Below are positions 28,414 through 37,951 of a stretch of DNA of 55,050 nt, piece after piece (position 1 is the stretch's first letter; the number at the start of each line of letters is the position of its first letter). The DNA comes from an uncultured Mycoplasma sp. GTDB lineage: Bacteria > Bacillota_I > Bacilli_A > RF39 > UBA660. A program made the translations under genes and the position numbers. The notes under the pieces are model-generated. The model saw nothing but the letters and a program-made list of their open reading frames with translations, made no database searches and was not told the DNA's origin. The stretch is from assembly GCA_964345805.1 (NCBI GenBank), contig CAYFSK010000001.1, forward strand, positions 1 to 55,050. Reading direction: 5' to 3'.

Positions 28414-29327
28414 ATCTTCAAATACTTCCTTACTGCAAATAAACTACCAAACATACCAACAATTGATCCCATTATAACTAAACCAAAAGATAAGAAAAAC
28501 ACAAAATTATATGGACTTACAAATTGTAATGATTCGGTAAACATATAACCATTCATTGTATTATATAATATTATATAACCATATATAGTTAAACAAACAG
28601 GTATTATTGAACCAATTAAACCAAGAGTTAACCCTTCAAAAATGAATGGTAATTTAATTGTTCCATTACTTGCTCCAACTAATCTCATTATTTCTATTTC
28701 ATTTTTTCGAGAAAAAATAGTAAGTTTTATAGTATTAGTAATTAAGAAAATAGTTACTAAAGATAAAGCTACTACAAAACCCATTGATACTTTTTCAACA
28801 ATATCAAAAGAACTAACTATTTCTTCTACTAAGCCCTCTCCATATTTAACACTTTCTATATTAGGTATCTTTTCTATTTTTTTAGCAGTTTCACTAAGAG
28901 ATTTGATATCCTTCACAAAAACAATAAATGAATCAAGAAGAGGATTTTCTTCTAAATAATCAAGAATCTTTTTAAATGATTGATCATAATCACTTAATTC
29001 TTGTTTCATTTCTTCTTTACTTGTAAATGTATATTTTCTTACTTCTTTAAGAGCATCAATCTCTGATTTAATATTTTCAATATCACTTTCTAAAGCAGTT
29101 GATTTTACATATACAATAATATTCATTTCATTTTCTACTGAATTTGTTGCACTTTTAACATTTGCTGCAAGAATAGATGCAACAGAAACAATTATTAAAG
29201 TTATTGACACACAAATAACACTAGCCATAGATAGCGAAAAATTACGACTTATGCTTTTAAGGGCATCTCTAATGCTACGGAAAAAAATTCTAACCAATTT
29301 CACTTGCTTTATAACTTCCTTTCTCAT
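28410..29327 (-). CDS. ftsX: Cell-division ABC transporter permease FtsX
   Basis: 4-TM FtsX topology with a large extracellular loop between TM1 and TM2. The start is uncertain: ATG 29327, TTG 29336, or a GTG nearer the ftsE stop. Confidence 0.85.
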   Translation of the reverse strand: MRKEVIKQVKLVRIFFRSIRDALKSISRNFSLSMASVICVSITLIIVSVASILAANVKSATNSVENEMNIIVYVKSTALESDIENIKSEIDALKEVRKYTFTSKEEMKQELSDYDQSFKKILDYLEENPLLDSFIVFVKDIKSLSETAKKIEKIPNIESVKYGEGLVEEIVSSFDIVEKVSMGFVVALSLVTIFLITNTIKLTIFSRKNEIEIMRLVGASNGTIKLPFIFEGLTLGLIGSIIPVCLTIYGYIILYNTMNGYMFTESLQFVSPYNFVFFLSFGLVIMGSIVGMFGSLFAVRKYLKI

Positions 29328-29991
29328 AATCGCCAACTAGCATACCATTGTTAATAACTAAAACTCTTTTTTTCATTCTATTAACAATGTCTTTATCATG
29401 AGTAGCCATAATAACTGTTGTTCCCATATCCTTATTAATAGTAGAAATAACCTTCATTATTTCCTTACTTGTTTTAGGATCAAGATTTCCTGTTGGTTCA
29501 TCACAAATAAGTAGTTTTGGCTCATTAACTATTGCTCTTGCAATACACACTCTTTGTTGTTCTCCACCAGATAATTCTTTAGGAAAACTTCTTGTCTTAT
29601 CTTTTAAACCTACTCTTTCAAGAGCAAGTAATACTTTAGGTCTTATTTCTGATGTTTTCATACCAAGACACTCTAAAGCAAAAGCTACATTTTCATATAC
29701 AGTTAGTTGCGGTAATAATTTATAATCTTGGAAAACAATTCCTATCTTCCTTCTAAATTTATATACTTTTCTATTTCTTAATTTACCAACATTTACTCCC
29801 CCAATATTTACTGTTCCTTTTGTTGGTTTTTCTTCTCTATACAATAATTTTGTTAAAGTGGATTTACCACTTGCAGTAAGACCTATAACAAAAACGAATT
29901 CGCCTTTTTCTATAGACACAGAAATATCAGCACATGCTGTTATCCCATTTTTATAAGTTTTAGTTACATTTTTAAGTTCTATAAACTTCAT
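29290..29991 (-). CDS. ftsE: Cell-division ATP-binding protein FtsE
   Basis: Start set at MKFIELKNV (ATG 29991) with GGAGG 6 nt upstream. Walker A GLTASGKST, signature LSGGEQQRV and Walker B LLICDEPT present. Confidence 0.92.
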   Translation of the reverse strand: MKFIELKNVTKTYKNGITACADISVSIEKGEFVFVIGLTASGKSTLTKLLYREEKPTKGTVNIGGVNVGKLRNRKVYKFRRKIGIVFQDYKLLPQLTVYENVAFALECLGMKTSEIRPKVLLALERVGLKDKTRSFPKELSGGEQQRVCIARAIVNEPKLLICDEPTGNLDPKTSKEIMKVISTINKDMGTTVIMATHDKDIVNRMKKRVLVINNGMLVGDYEKGSYKASEIG

Positions 29992-30142
29992 ATAGGCCTC
30001 CATTCTTATAAATTATATCACAGCCTTATCTATTTTAAAATATTATATCTTGCTATTTACATTATTTATTGCTGTTAAGTTTGTGCTTTTACCTTGTTTT
30101 ATTACTAGATTTTCACTATAATATTTATAGTGAGGTTTCTAA

Positions 30143-31741
30143 ATGAGAAAAAATGATTTTATTGAAGGAGCAGTTATTGCAACACTATCCATTATTATTA
30201 CCAAAATTATTGGTGTTCTTTATGTAATTCCTTTTTATAGAATCGTCGGTGAAAAAGGTGGAGCCTTATATGGATATGCTTATAATATATATAATATTTT
30301 TCTAATAATATCTACTGCCGGAATACCTCTTGCTTTATCTAAATTAACAAGTGAATATCAAACAAAAAGTGAAATTAGCAAAAAAATTACGATGTTTAAA
30401 ATAGCTAAAAAATATATTTATCTTTTTTCTGTCGTATCATTTTTAATTTGTTTTGTTTTTGCCAAACCTCTTGCAACCCTTATTCTTGGTAATTTAAGTG
30501 GGGGAAATACAATAAAAGATATTACTTACGTAATTAGAGCTGTTTCTTTTGCTATATTAATTGTTCCACTTCTTAGCATCTCAAGAGGATATCTTCAGGG
30601 ACATAAATATATAACTGTTCCTGCTGTTTCCCAAGTAATTGAACAAATTGTTAGAATATTTATTATTTTAGTAGGAAGTTATATATCATTAAAAGTATTT
30701 AAATTACCTTTATCTATTGCTGTTAGTGTCTCTGTTTTCGCAGCTTGTGTTGGAGCAATTGCTTCTTATATATATTTAGAAGTAAAAATGCGTATTCAAA
30801 AGCGAAAAGAAAAAAATGTTAAACTTGATAAAATAACTAAAAAAGATGAAAAAGAAATTATTAAAAAACTAGTTTCTTATAGTATTCCTTTTATAGTAAT
30901 TAATATTGCTAATAATTTATATAATACAACCGACATGATTCTTTTAATAAGAGGCCTTAAAATGGTTGGTTATAATGCCGTTGATATCGAAAACATATCC
31001 TCAATATTTACTACATGGGGTGTTAAGATATCAAGTATAGTAACATCTATTGCAGCAGGTCTTGTAACAAGTTTAATTCCATCTTTAGTTGAAGCTTATA
31101 CTAAAAAAGATCAAACTTCTGTTAACATCTTTTTTGATAAAACGTTACTAGTAATATTATTTGTTATTACTCCAATTACTATCTTTTTAAGTATTAATGC
31201 AAATGAAGTATGGCATTTATTTTATAGTACTAACAAATATGGTCCTATTATTTTAAGATTTACCATTCTTGTTGCAATACTAGATAGTGCTTATATAATG
31301 ATTTGCTGTGCTCTTCAGGCACTATATAAAACCAGATTAATTTACATTGCAGTTATAAGTGGGCTTTTATTTAATGTTATATCTGACATTCCATTTTTAC
31401 TATTATTTGATAAACTTGGTTTATATCCATTTTACGGAGTAATTATTGCAACAATATGTGGTTACCTAATATCTCTTACTATTCCTTTAATAACACTTAA
31501 AAAGACAGATAAAATTAATTATAAAGAAACGACTAAAAAGATTCCTGTTCTAATTATATCTATGACTATTTTTACATTAATATGTATCTTTATTAAAAAA
31601 GTTTATCCTATCCATGAAACTAGAATGCTTAGCATTATATATTTAGGAATATCTGCTATAGTAACTTTTGGAATTTATTATGTAATTAATCATAAAGTTA
31701 TAAATTATATTTTAAAAGAAAATTTTAAAAAGAAAATATAG
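30143..31741 (+). CDS. MOP-superfamily flippase (MurJ/SpoVB/YtgP-like, putative lipid II flippase)
   Basis: 532 aa with about 14 TM helices and an N-terminus typical of polysaccharide-biosynthesis/MurJ-like proteins. Confidence 0.7.
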   Translation: MRKNDFIEGAVIATLSIIITKIIGVLYVIPFYRIVGEKGGALYGYAYNIYNIFLIISTAGIPLALSKLTSEYQTKSEISKKITMFKIAKKYIYLFSVVSFLICFVFAKPLATLILGNLSGGNTIKDITYVIRAVSFAILIVPLLSISRGYLQGHKYITVPAVSQVIEQIVRIFIILVGSYISLKVFKLPLSIAVSVSVFAACVGAIASYIYLEVKMRIQKRKEKNVKLDKITKKDEKEIIKKLVSYSIPFIVINIANNLYNTTDMILLIRGLKMVGYNAVDIENISSIFTTWGVKISSIVTSIAAGLVTSLIPSLVEAYTKKDQTSVNIFFDKTLLVILFVITPITIFLSINANEVWHLFYSTNKYGPIILRFTILVAILDSAYIMICCALQALYKTRLIYIAVISGLLFNVISDIPFLLLFDKLGLYPFYGVIIATICGYLISLTIPLITLKKTDKINYKETTKKIPVLIISMTIFTLICIFIKKVYPIHETRMLSIIYLGISAIVTFGIYYVINHKVINYILKENFKKKI

Positions 31742-31767
31742 TATGTTATAATAATATAGGTGATACT

Positions 31768-32271
31768 ATGAAACTATTTTGTATTTTTTTAGTACTAGTA
31801 ATTATTTCTATTACGTTATTAATATATAATAAATTAATTATATTTAAAATAAAAATGGATAATTCTGATGAAAATATTAACTAATTTTTAAAAAAAAAAA
31901 GAAAAAAAATGGATGATTTAATAGTTCTTATTAAAAAAGTAATTAAAAAGAAAAATTATTTTAAAGAGTTTATTGATAATAAAAAGAAAATGTCTAATAT
32001 TGAATATGATAAATTTTTAAATGAACATTATAGTACTATGCTCTCTTTAAAAGAAGATAATAAATCACTTAATAAAGCAGAAACAAATAAGTTATATTTA
32101 GAAATAAATTTAATTAATCAAAATTTACTTGCAAATAAAAAGTTTTTCAATAAAAACAATAATGAACTTATGAAAAACTTAAAAGGTTTTGCTAAAATAA
32201 TAGGATCAATTAATAAAATAAAAGTTAAAGATTCTTACGAAGTAAAAGAGCTTATAGACCCCAGTTTATAG
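31768..32271 (+). pseudogene. LemA-like gene interrupted by a single in-frame TAA (31882..31884)
   Basis: ATG 31768 with AGGTGA SD encodes a TM helix and then YNKLIIFKIKMDNSDENIN, followed by TAA. The same frame continues FLKKKRKKMDDLIVLIKKV... into the 120-aa track ORF. The pattern resembles the LemA YNxL...LKRRxDLIPNLV region. Confidence 0.35.
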
Positions 32272-32283
32272 GCTCTTTTTTAT
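32247..32283. terminator. Bidirectional terminator hairpin shared by the convergent LemA-like gene and ung
   Basis: AGAGCTTATA...TATAGGCTCT stem (one G-U pair) flanked by T-runs on both strands. The two coding regions overlap by 20 nt inside it. Confidence 0.5.
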
Positions 32284-32911
32284 TTTTAATTAAAAAGTTA
32301 TTACATTTAGAAAATGGTTTACTACCAAAAAAACCATTATAAGCAGAAAAAGGACTAGGATGAGTTGATTCAATTACTAAATGTTTTTTATTAGTAATAT
32401 AACTTTTTTTACTTCTAGCAAAATTTCCCCATAATATAAATACTATTGGATCTTCTTTACTGTTTAATACTTTTATAATATAGTCAGTTAATCTTTCCCA
32501 ACCAATGCCTTTATGGGAAGATGCTAAATCTTTTTCAACAGTTAATACTGCATTTAAAAGAAGTACTCCTTGTTTTGCCCATAAAGTTAGATCTCCATTA
32601 TCCTTTGGTTTAATACCAAGATCATCTTCTAGTTCCTTATATATATTTTTAAGTGATGGAGGAATTTTTACGCCCTTTCTTACACTAAAAGAAAGTCCAT
32701 GAGCTTCTCCTTCCCCATGATATGGATCTTGCCCAACAATAACTACTTTTACATTATCAAAATCAGTATATTTTAAAGCATTAAATATTTCATCTTTTGG
32801 TGGAAAAATTGTCTTAGACTCATATAAAGATATAACACTATTATAAAATTTATTAAACCCTTCTGATTTCCATATAATATTTAAAGCATCATCCCATTTA
32901 TTTCCTATCAT
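32252..32911 (-). CDS. ung: Uracil-DNA glycosylase (family 1)
   Basis: Start set at MIGNKWDDAL (ATG 32911, ATGA overlap with the upstream stop). GQDPYHG and HPSPFS motifs present. Confidence 0.9.
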   Translation of the reverse strand: MIGNKWDDALNIIWKSEGFNKFYNSVISLYESKTIFPPKDEIFNALKYTDFDNVKVVIVGQDPYHGEGEAHGLSFSVRKGVKIPPSLKNIYKELEDDLGIKPKDNGDLTLWAKQGVLLLNAVLTVEKDLASSHKGIGWERLTDYIIKVLNSKEDPIVFILWGNFARSKKSYITNKKHLVIESTHPSPFSAYNGFFGSKPFSKCNNFLIKNKKEPINWGL

Positions 32912-34125
32912 TTTATTTTTTCCTTTCTTATTAAATATATTCCCATAATTCCTAACATTAATTGGATTATACAAACAATTAAAGAAATTGTAAGATTAAC
33001 TTTAATACCTATTAAAAGACATACTCCACATAAATATACTCCTATAGCTTCTCCTAAATATCTAGACATATCTTTTATATTAATAAAGGCTATTTGTTCG
33101 TCTTTAGAAAGACGATTAACATATGGAGCATCAGTTACATGTAAATATGATTGATCACTAATAAGTGGATATAAAAAGGCCATTAAAGTGATTATATAAT
33201 TACCTGTAATAAGGGATATGGTAAAAAGAATAACTCTTATTAATAATTTTATAGATATATTTATATAATTATTTTTAAATGTTAAAAAAGATAGGACAAA
33301 ACTTGCTAGTAGTGATGCTCCTATTCCACAAGAAAATCTTATTATACTTGCATATTGTTCACTAAAATTAAACCCTTTTGTTAAAATAGTTATCATAAGT
33401 CCATATAATACTTTAATAGAAAGCATCCCACAAAAAGAATATAATAAATAAATAATTGATATTTTATCTTTCTTAACTTTTTTAAATATAATAGGAAGTA
33501 AATTATTTTTGTTATTTTCTTCTTTTCCATAATAAGAAGTAAAATCAATACTCAAAAGTATAACTAAAGCTATAAAAGCATTTATCATTGACCATAAAAC
33601 AAAGGTATTATAATTAATTATTTTGTTTAAAACAGTTTTATTAAGTAAGATTGCTGTTATAAGCATTCCAAAATAATTAAATAAAAGAAGAACTATTTCT
33701 TTCTTGGCAAATAATTTATCATCTTTTTTTACAATACACAAAAGAGGATATATACAAACAAGAACTTCTATATATAATATGTAATTTAAAACAGTTAATA
33801 ATTTTATAATCTTTATATAACCCAGATTATTAAGAAAATAACACGTAAAAGAAGCTATAATAATTAACATTAATAACGTTGATACAACCTTTTTTAATCT
33901 TTTTTGAGTAAGAAAGTTAGCAAAAAGGTATATAGCAGGAACACAGGCAAAAGAACCAAGACCATACACTATACCTATTGATTTTGATGATATGCCATTA
34001 GTTGATAGCCATAATTCTTGAAAATTATAAAGCATTCCAAAAGCAAGACCAATAAAGGAAGTAAATAATAATATTTTATTTATGTCTTTTTTCAATTTTT
34101 TTCTCCTACTTATGATATGTTTCAT
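32908..34125 (-). CDS. MFS-type transporter
   Basis: 405 aa with about 12 TM helices in a 6+6 arrangement. No specific substrate signature. Confidence 0.5.
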   Translation of the reverse strand: MKHIISRRKKLKKDINKILLFTSFIGLAFGMLYNFQELWLSTNGISSKSIGIVYGLGSFACVPAIYLFANFLTQKRLKKVVSTLLMLIIIASFTCYFLNNLGYIKIIKLLTVLNYILYIEVLVCIYPLLCIVKKDDKLFAKKEIVLLLFNYFGMLITAILLNKTVLNKIINYNTFVLWSMINAFIALVILLSIDFTSYYGKEENNKNNLLPIIFKKVKKDKISIIYLLYSFCGMLSIKVLYGLMITILTKGFNFSEQYASIIRFSCGIGASLLASFVLSFLTFKNNYINISIKLLIRVILFTISLITGNYIITLMAFLYPLISDQSYLHVTDAPYVNRLSKDEQIAFINIKDMSRYLGEAIGVYLCGVCLLIGIKVNLTISLIVCIIQLMLGIMGIYLIRKEKIK

Positions 34126-34543
34126 TATTATTTATTTTAAAGGCTCTATATATCTGTTCAAGTAAAACTACTCTAAATAAACCATGAGGCATTGTAATAT
34201 CACCAAAACTAACAAGTTTATTCATCATACTTTTTACCTCATCACTAAGACCATTTGAACTACCTATAAAAAAGAAGATATTGCCATATTTCATTAAACT
34301 GTTATCTATAAGACTAGCAAAATTATTACTACTTATTTTTTCTTTTTCAATACATAAAGCAATATTATAATTTTTATTATCTATATATTTTTTTAAAGAA
34401 TTATTTTCAATTAAAATGTTTTCATTATCTTTAAGTTCTATAATTTCTATATTATGATATTTACTTATTCTTTTAAAATAATCATCTAATGCATCATTTA
34501 AATACTTCTCTTTAATTTTACCTAAACATATTATTTTTATCAT
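34106..34543 (-). CDS. rlmH: 23S rRNA (pseudouridine1915-N3)-methyltransferase RlmH
   Basis: 145-aa SPOUT-fold protein with MIKIICLGKIKEKY N-terminus and C-terminal ...HGLFRVVLLEQIYRA. Conserved neighbourhood with yycJ. Confidence 0.85.
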   Translation of the reverse strand: MIKIICLGKIKEKYLNDALDDYFKRISKYHNIEIIELKDNENILIENNSLKKYIDNKNYNIALCIEKEKISSNNFASLIDNSLMKYGNIFFFIGSSNGLSDEVKSMMNKLVSFGDITMPHGLFRVVLLEQIYRAFKINNNETYHK

Positions 34544-35298
34544 ATTATTATTACCTTACTTATTTCATTTGGTTTTGAATAGCTAAGTTTTCCTTTATAA
34601 TCTATTTCTTTTAAATACTTTTTAACTGTATTAATAGCATTTTTTGGTGTATTATTTTTCTCACTTAAATGAAGAAGCATTATATCTTTAGTGTTATCAC
34701 CAACTATTTTAGATAAATATATTCCTGCCAATTCATTTGATAAATGCCCCTTATCTGATGCAACTCTTTTCTTTAAAAAATCTGGATAAGGACCATTAAT
34801 GAGCATTTCTATATCATGATTACTTTCTATTAAATATAATTCTTTATTACTAATTAATTTAAAATATTTACTATTTAAATAACCTGTATCAGTAATTATA
34901 ACAACTGTCTTTTTATCTTCGGTTATAATAAAACCCCTAATATCTGTTACATCATGACTTAATTTAATTGCCTTAATATCAAGATTATCTATTTTTATAT
35001 CATTTTCATATAACAAAACATTAATATTATCTTTTAAAACTAGGTCTTCTGCCATTTTATTAGAAATTACCAAAGATGCTTTATGCCTACCCAAAAAAGT
35101 ATTAATTGCCGAGGTATGATCATCATGAGTATGCGATAAAATTACATAGTCAATATCTTTATAATTAACATTTATTTCTTTTAATGCACCCTCTATATAT
35201 TTTTTATTTTTACCTAAATCAATTAATATTTTATAGTTATTTGTTTCTATATAAGTACAATTACCCGTAGAACCGCTTGCAAACACACAAACTTTCAT
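34540..35298 (-). CDS. MBL-fold metallo-hydrolase (YycJ/WalJ-like)
   Basis: Start set at MKVCVFASGS (ATG 35298) after GGTGA. HTHDDH metal-binding motif present. Confidence 0.8.
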   Translation of the reverse strand: MKVCVFASGSTGNCTYIETNNYKILIDLGKNKKYIEGALKEINVNYKDIDYVILSHTHDDHTSAINTFLGRHKASLVISNKMAEDLVLKDNINVLLYENDIKIDNLDIKAIKLSHDVTDIRGFIITEDKKTVVIITDTGYLNSKYFKLISNKELYLIESNHDIEMLINGPYPDFLKKRVASDKGHLSNELAGIYLSKIVGDNTKDIMLLHLSEKNNTPKNAINTVKKYLKEIDYKGKLSYSKPNEISKVIII

Positions 35299-35387
35299 GA
35301 ATATCACCTTAATAATTGTATCATATTAATTTACTTTTAAAAACATATTTGGTATATTTAAATTAACTTAAGAAGGTGATTTATACT

Positions 35388-36554
35388 ATGAAAAAGAATT
35401 TTATAACCATATGTTTTGTTTTAATAATTTTTTCTGTCTTAATATGGTTTCCTATAAAACAAGGTCTTATCTTTTTAAAAATTATTAATTTTAATAAAGG
35501 AGATTCTTGGCAATATGTAGAAAAAACAAAAGATCCTTTATATGATAAGATTATGACTATTAAAGTTGGTATAGAAAATAGAGTAAATAATTACTTTCCT
35601 TTTTATACAAAAATCAATTCATTATATTATTCGGTAATAAAAAAGATTGATAAAAAATATTTAGATGATATATATTTGAAACATAATCGTGATAATGAAA
35701 AAATATTTTATAGTGTTAAGAATGATTTTTATTATATTGTAAATACTTTTAATGAAAATGATTTAAATGATATGCTAAATAAAGAAGTATCTTATTATAA
35801 TAATATTGCTAAAAAATATCCTGATATAAAGGTAGGTATATATCTTCCTTTAAGATATGAATTAAACAGTATTCAAAATATTAATAATATGAAGTTCTTT
35901 CCACAGAAATTTATTAATAAATTAGATAAAAATATTAAAGTAAAAGTGCTTGATGCAAGCAGTGCAAAAGAATATTTAAAATATTTTTATAAAACAGATC
36001 ATCATTTTAATTCTTATGGAACAGAAAAAGCTTATAAAGATATTCTTTCTATGTATGGAATAACAAGTAATATGATTTTAACTCATAAAAATCTTTACGA
36101 TAGATATTATGGTTCTGCTTCAAAAAGTGTTCTTACAAGCAAACCATATGATACATTTAATGTTATTAATTATAAAAACCCTTTAGAAGTTAATATCGAA
36201 GATAAATATTTTAAACCTCAAAAGTTTACTGAAAATAAAAATAAATTTTATGACTATTATGTTAGTTATTTTAATGGTCAATATGATGAGGTTATTTATA
36301 AAAACAAAAAGAAATCTGATAATAATCTTTTAATAATTAGTGATTCTATGGCTTGGCAAGTAGATTATCTTCTTGCAACTAGTTTTAATACAACATATGT
36401 TGTTAATATAAGATATGGTAAATGGCAAAATAATAATTTAGATCTTGATGATTATATAAAGAAAAATCATATTACTCATATTCTTTTTCTAGGAGAAGCT
36501 CAAAACTTAATGTTTGATTTATATGGTTTTAATTTAGCAGGGAAGGTGAATTAA
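35388..36554 (+). CDS. DHHW/AlgJ-AlgX-like O-acetyltransferase partner protein
   Basis: Start set at MKKNFITICF (ATG 35388) after AGAAGGTGA. N-terminal TM anchor, KTDHHFNSYG (a DHHW-type motif, here DHHF) and a later IISDSMAW motif. Lies 1 nt upstream of the MBOAT gene. Confidence 0.6.
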   Translation: MKKNFITICFVLIIFSVLIWFPIKQGLIFLKIINFNKGDSWQYVEKTKDPLYDKIMTIKVGIENRVNNYFPFYTKINSLYYSVIKKIDKKYLDDIYLKHNRDNEKIFYSVKNDFYYIVNTFNENDLNDMLNKEVSYYNNIAKKYPDIKVGIYLPLRYELNSIQNINNMKFFPQKFINKLDKNIKVKVLDASSAKEYLKYFYKTDHHFNSYGTEKAYKDILSMYGITSNMILTHKNLYDRYYGSASKSVLTSKPYDTFNVINYKNPLEVNIEDKYFKPQKFTENKNKFYDYYVSYFNGQYDEVIYKNKKKSDNNLLIISDSMAWQVDYLLATSFNTTYVVNIRYGKWQNNNLDLDDYIKKNHITHILFLGEAQNLMFDLYGFNLAGKVN

Positions 36555-36555
36555 T

Positions 36556-37926
36556 ATGGTTTTTTCTTCAAATATTTTCTTATTTTTATTCTTACCACTT
36601 TATTTAATAACTTATTATTCTACTAAAGATATTAAAATTAAAAACTTAGTATTATTGCTCTTTTCTTTATTCTTCTATGCATGGGGAGAGCCATATTATA
36701 TCTTATTAATGATTTTTTCTATTATTATAAACTTTTATTTAACTAAAGTAATGGCTAAAAATAATAGTAAATTTATATTAATATTACTTATTATTATTAA
36801 TATAGGTCTTCTCTTAAGTTTTAAATATACTAACTTTTTTATTGATAATATTAATAATTTATTTAAACTTAATATAAGTAATATAAAACTTACTTTACCA
36901 ATTGGTATTAGTTTTTATACATTTCAAATTTTATCTTATGTATTTGATGTTTATCAAAAGAAAGTTAAAGTTCAAAACAATATTTATAAACTAGCTTGTT
37001 ATATTACTGCTTTTCCACAGTTAATTGCAGGCCCCATTGTAAGATACTCTGATATTGAAAAACAACTTAATGAAAGAAAAACAACTGTAGAAGATTTTAC
37101 CTCTGGTGTAAGAAGATTTATTGTTGGTCTTTCCAAGAAAGTACTTATTGCTAACTTAATGGCTTTTGTAGCAGATTCTATTTACAATTATGATTTAATT
37201 AGTACTGGCTTTATTGGTATGCTTATTGCAAGTATTAGTTATGCACTTCAAATATATTTTGATTTCTCTGGTTATTCAGATATGGCAATAGGTCTTGGTA
37301 AAATGAGTGGCTTTACCTTTATGGAAAACTTTAATTATCCATATATAGCAAAAAGTATTACTGACTTTTGGAGAAGATGGCATATATCGCTTTCTTCTTT
37401 CTTTAAAGATTATGTATATATACCTTTAGGAGGCTCTAGAAAAGGAACATTTAAAACTATTAGAAATATTTTAATAGTTTGGTTATTAACTGGCTTTTGG
37501 CATGGAGCATGTTGGAATTTTGTTTTATGGGGACTTTATTATGCATTATTTTTATTAATAGAAAAATTCTTGTTAAAAGAAAAATTTAAAAATAATTTTA
37601 TATACCGAATAATCACTCTTTTAATAATAAATATTGGTTGGATAATATTTAGACAAACAAACTTTAATCAGTTATTAATTGCTCTTAAAGCTCTATTTGG
37701 CTTTTATGGAATTGGTAATATATCATCGCTTTATTATTTAGGAATATTTTCAAGTAGATATATTATTGCATTTATAATTGGTATACTTGGTTCAACAAAA
37801 TTAATAAAACATCTACTTTCAAAAGAAAACATCATAACTGATATTATTTTGTTAATACTATTTATTTTATGTATAATATTTATTACTGTAGGAAGTTATA
37901 ATCCATTTATATATTATAGGTTTTAA
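36556..37926 (+). CDS. MBOAT-family membrane O-acyltransferase (AlgI/DltB/PatA-like)
   Basis: 456 aa, polytopic, with the conserved WRRWHISLSSFFKDYVYIPLGG region containing the MBOAT histidine. Confidence 0.85.
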   Translation: MVFSSNIFLFLFLPLYLITYYSTKDIKIKNLVLLLFSLFFYAWGEPYYILLMIFSIIINFYLTKVMAKNNSKFILILLIIINIGLLLSFKYTNFFIDNINNLFKLNISNIKLTLPIGISFYTFQILSYVFDVYQKKVKVQNNIYKLACYITAFPQLIAGPIVRYSDIEKQLNERKTTVEDFTSGVRRFIVGLSKKVLIANLMAFVADSIYNYDLISTGFIGMLIASISYALQIYFDFSGYSDMAIGLGKMSGFTFMENFNYPYIAKSITDFWRRWHISLSSFFKDYVYIPLGGSRKGTFKTIRNILIVWLLTGFWHGACWNFVLWGLYYALFLLIEKFLLKEKFKNNFIYRIITLLIINIGWIIFRQTNFNQLLIALKALFGFYGIGNISSLYYLGIFSSRYIIAFIIGILGSTKLIKHLLSKENIITDIILLILFILCIIFITVGSYNPFIYYRF

Positions 37927-37951
37927 AAAATACTAGTTTCCTAGTATTTTT

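Noticed and set aside
29290-29336. 38-47-nt ftsE/ftsX overlap, considered as a possible frameshift or fusion
   Set aside because: Both proteins are complete with normal termini. Alternative ftsX starts (ATG 29327, or a GTG closer to the ftsE stop) explain the overlap without invoking recoding.
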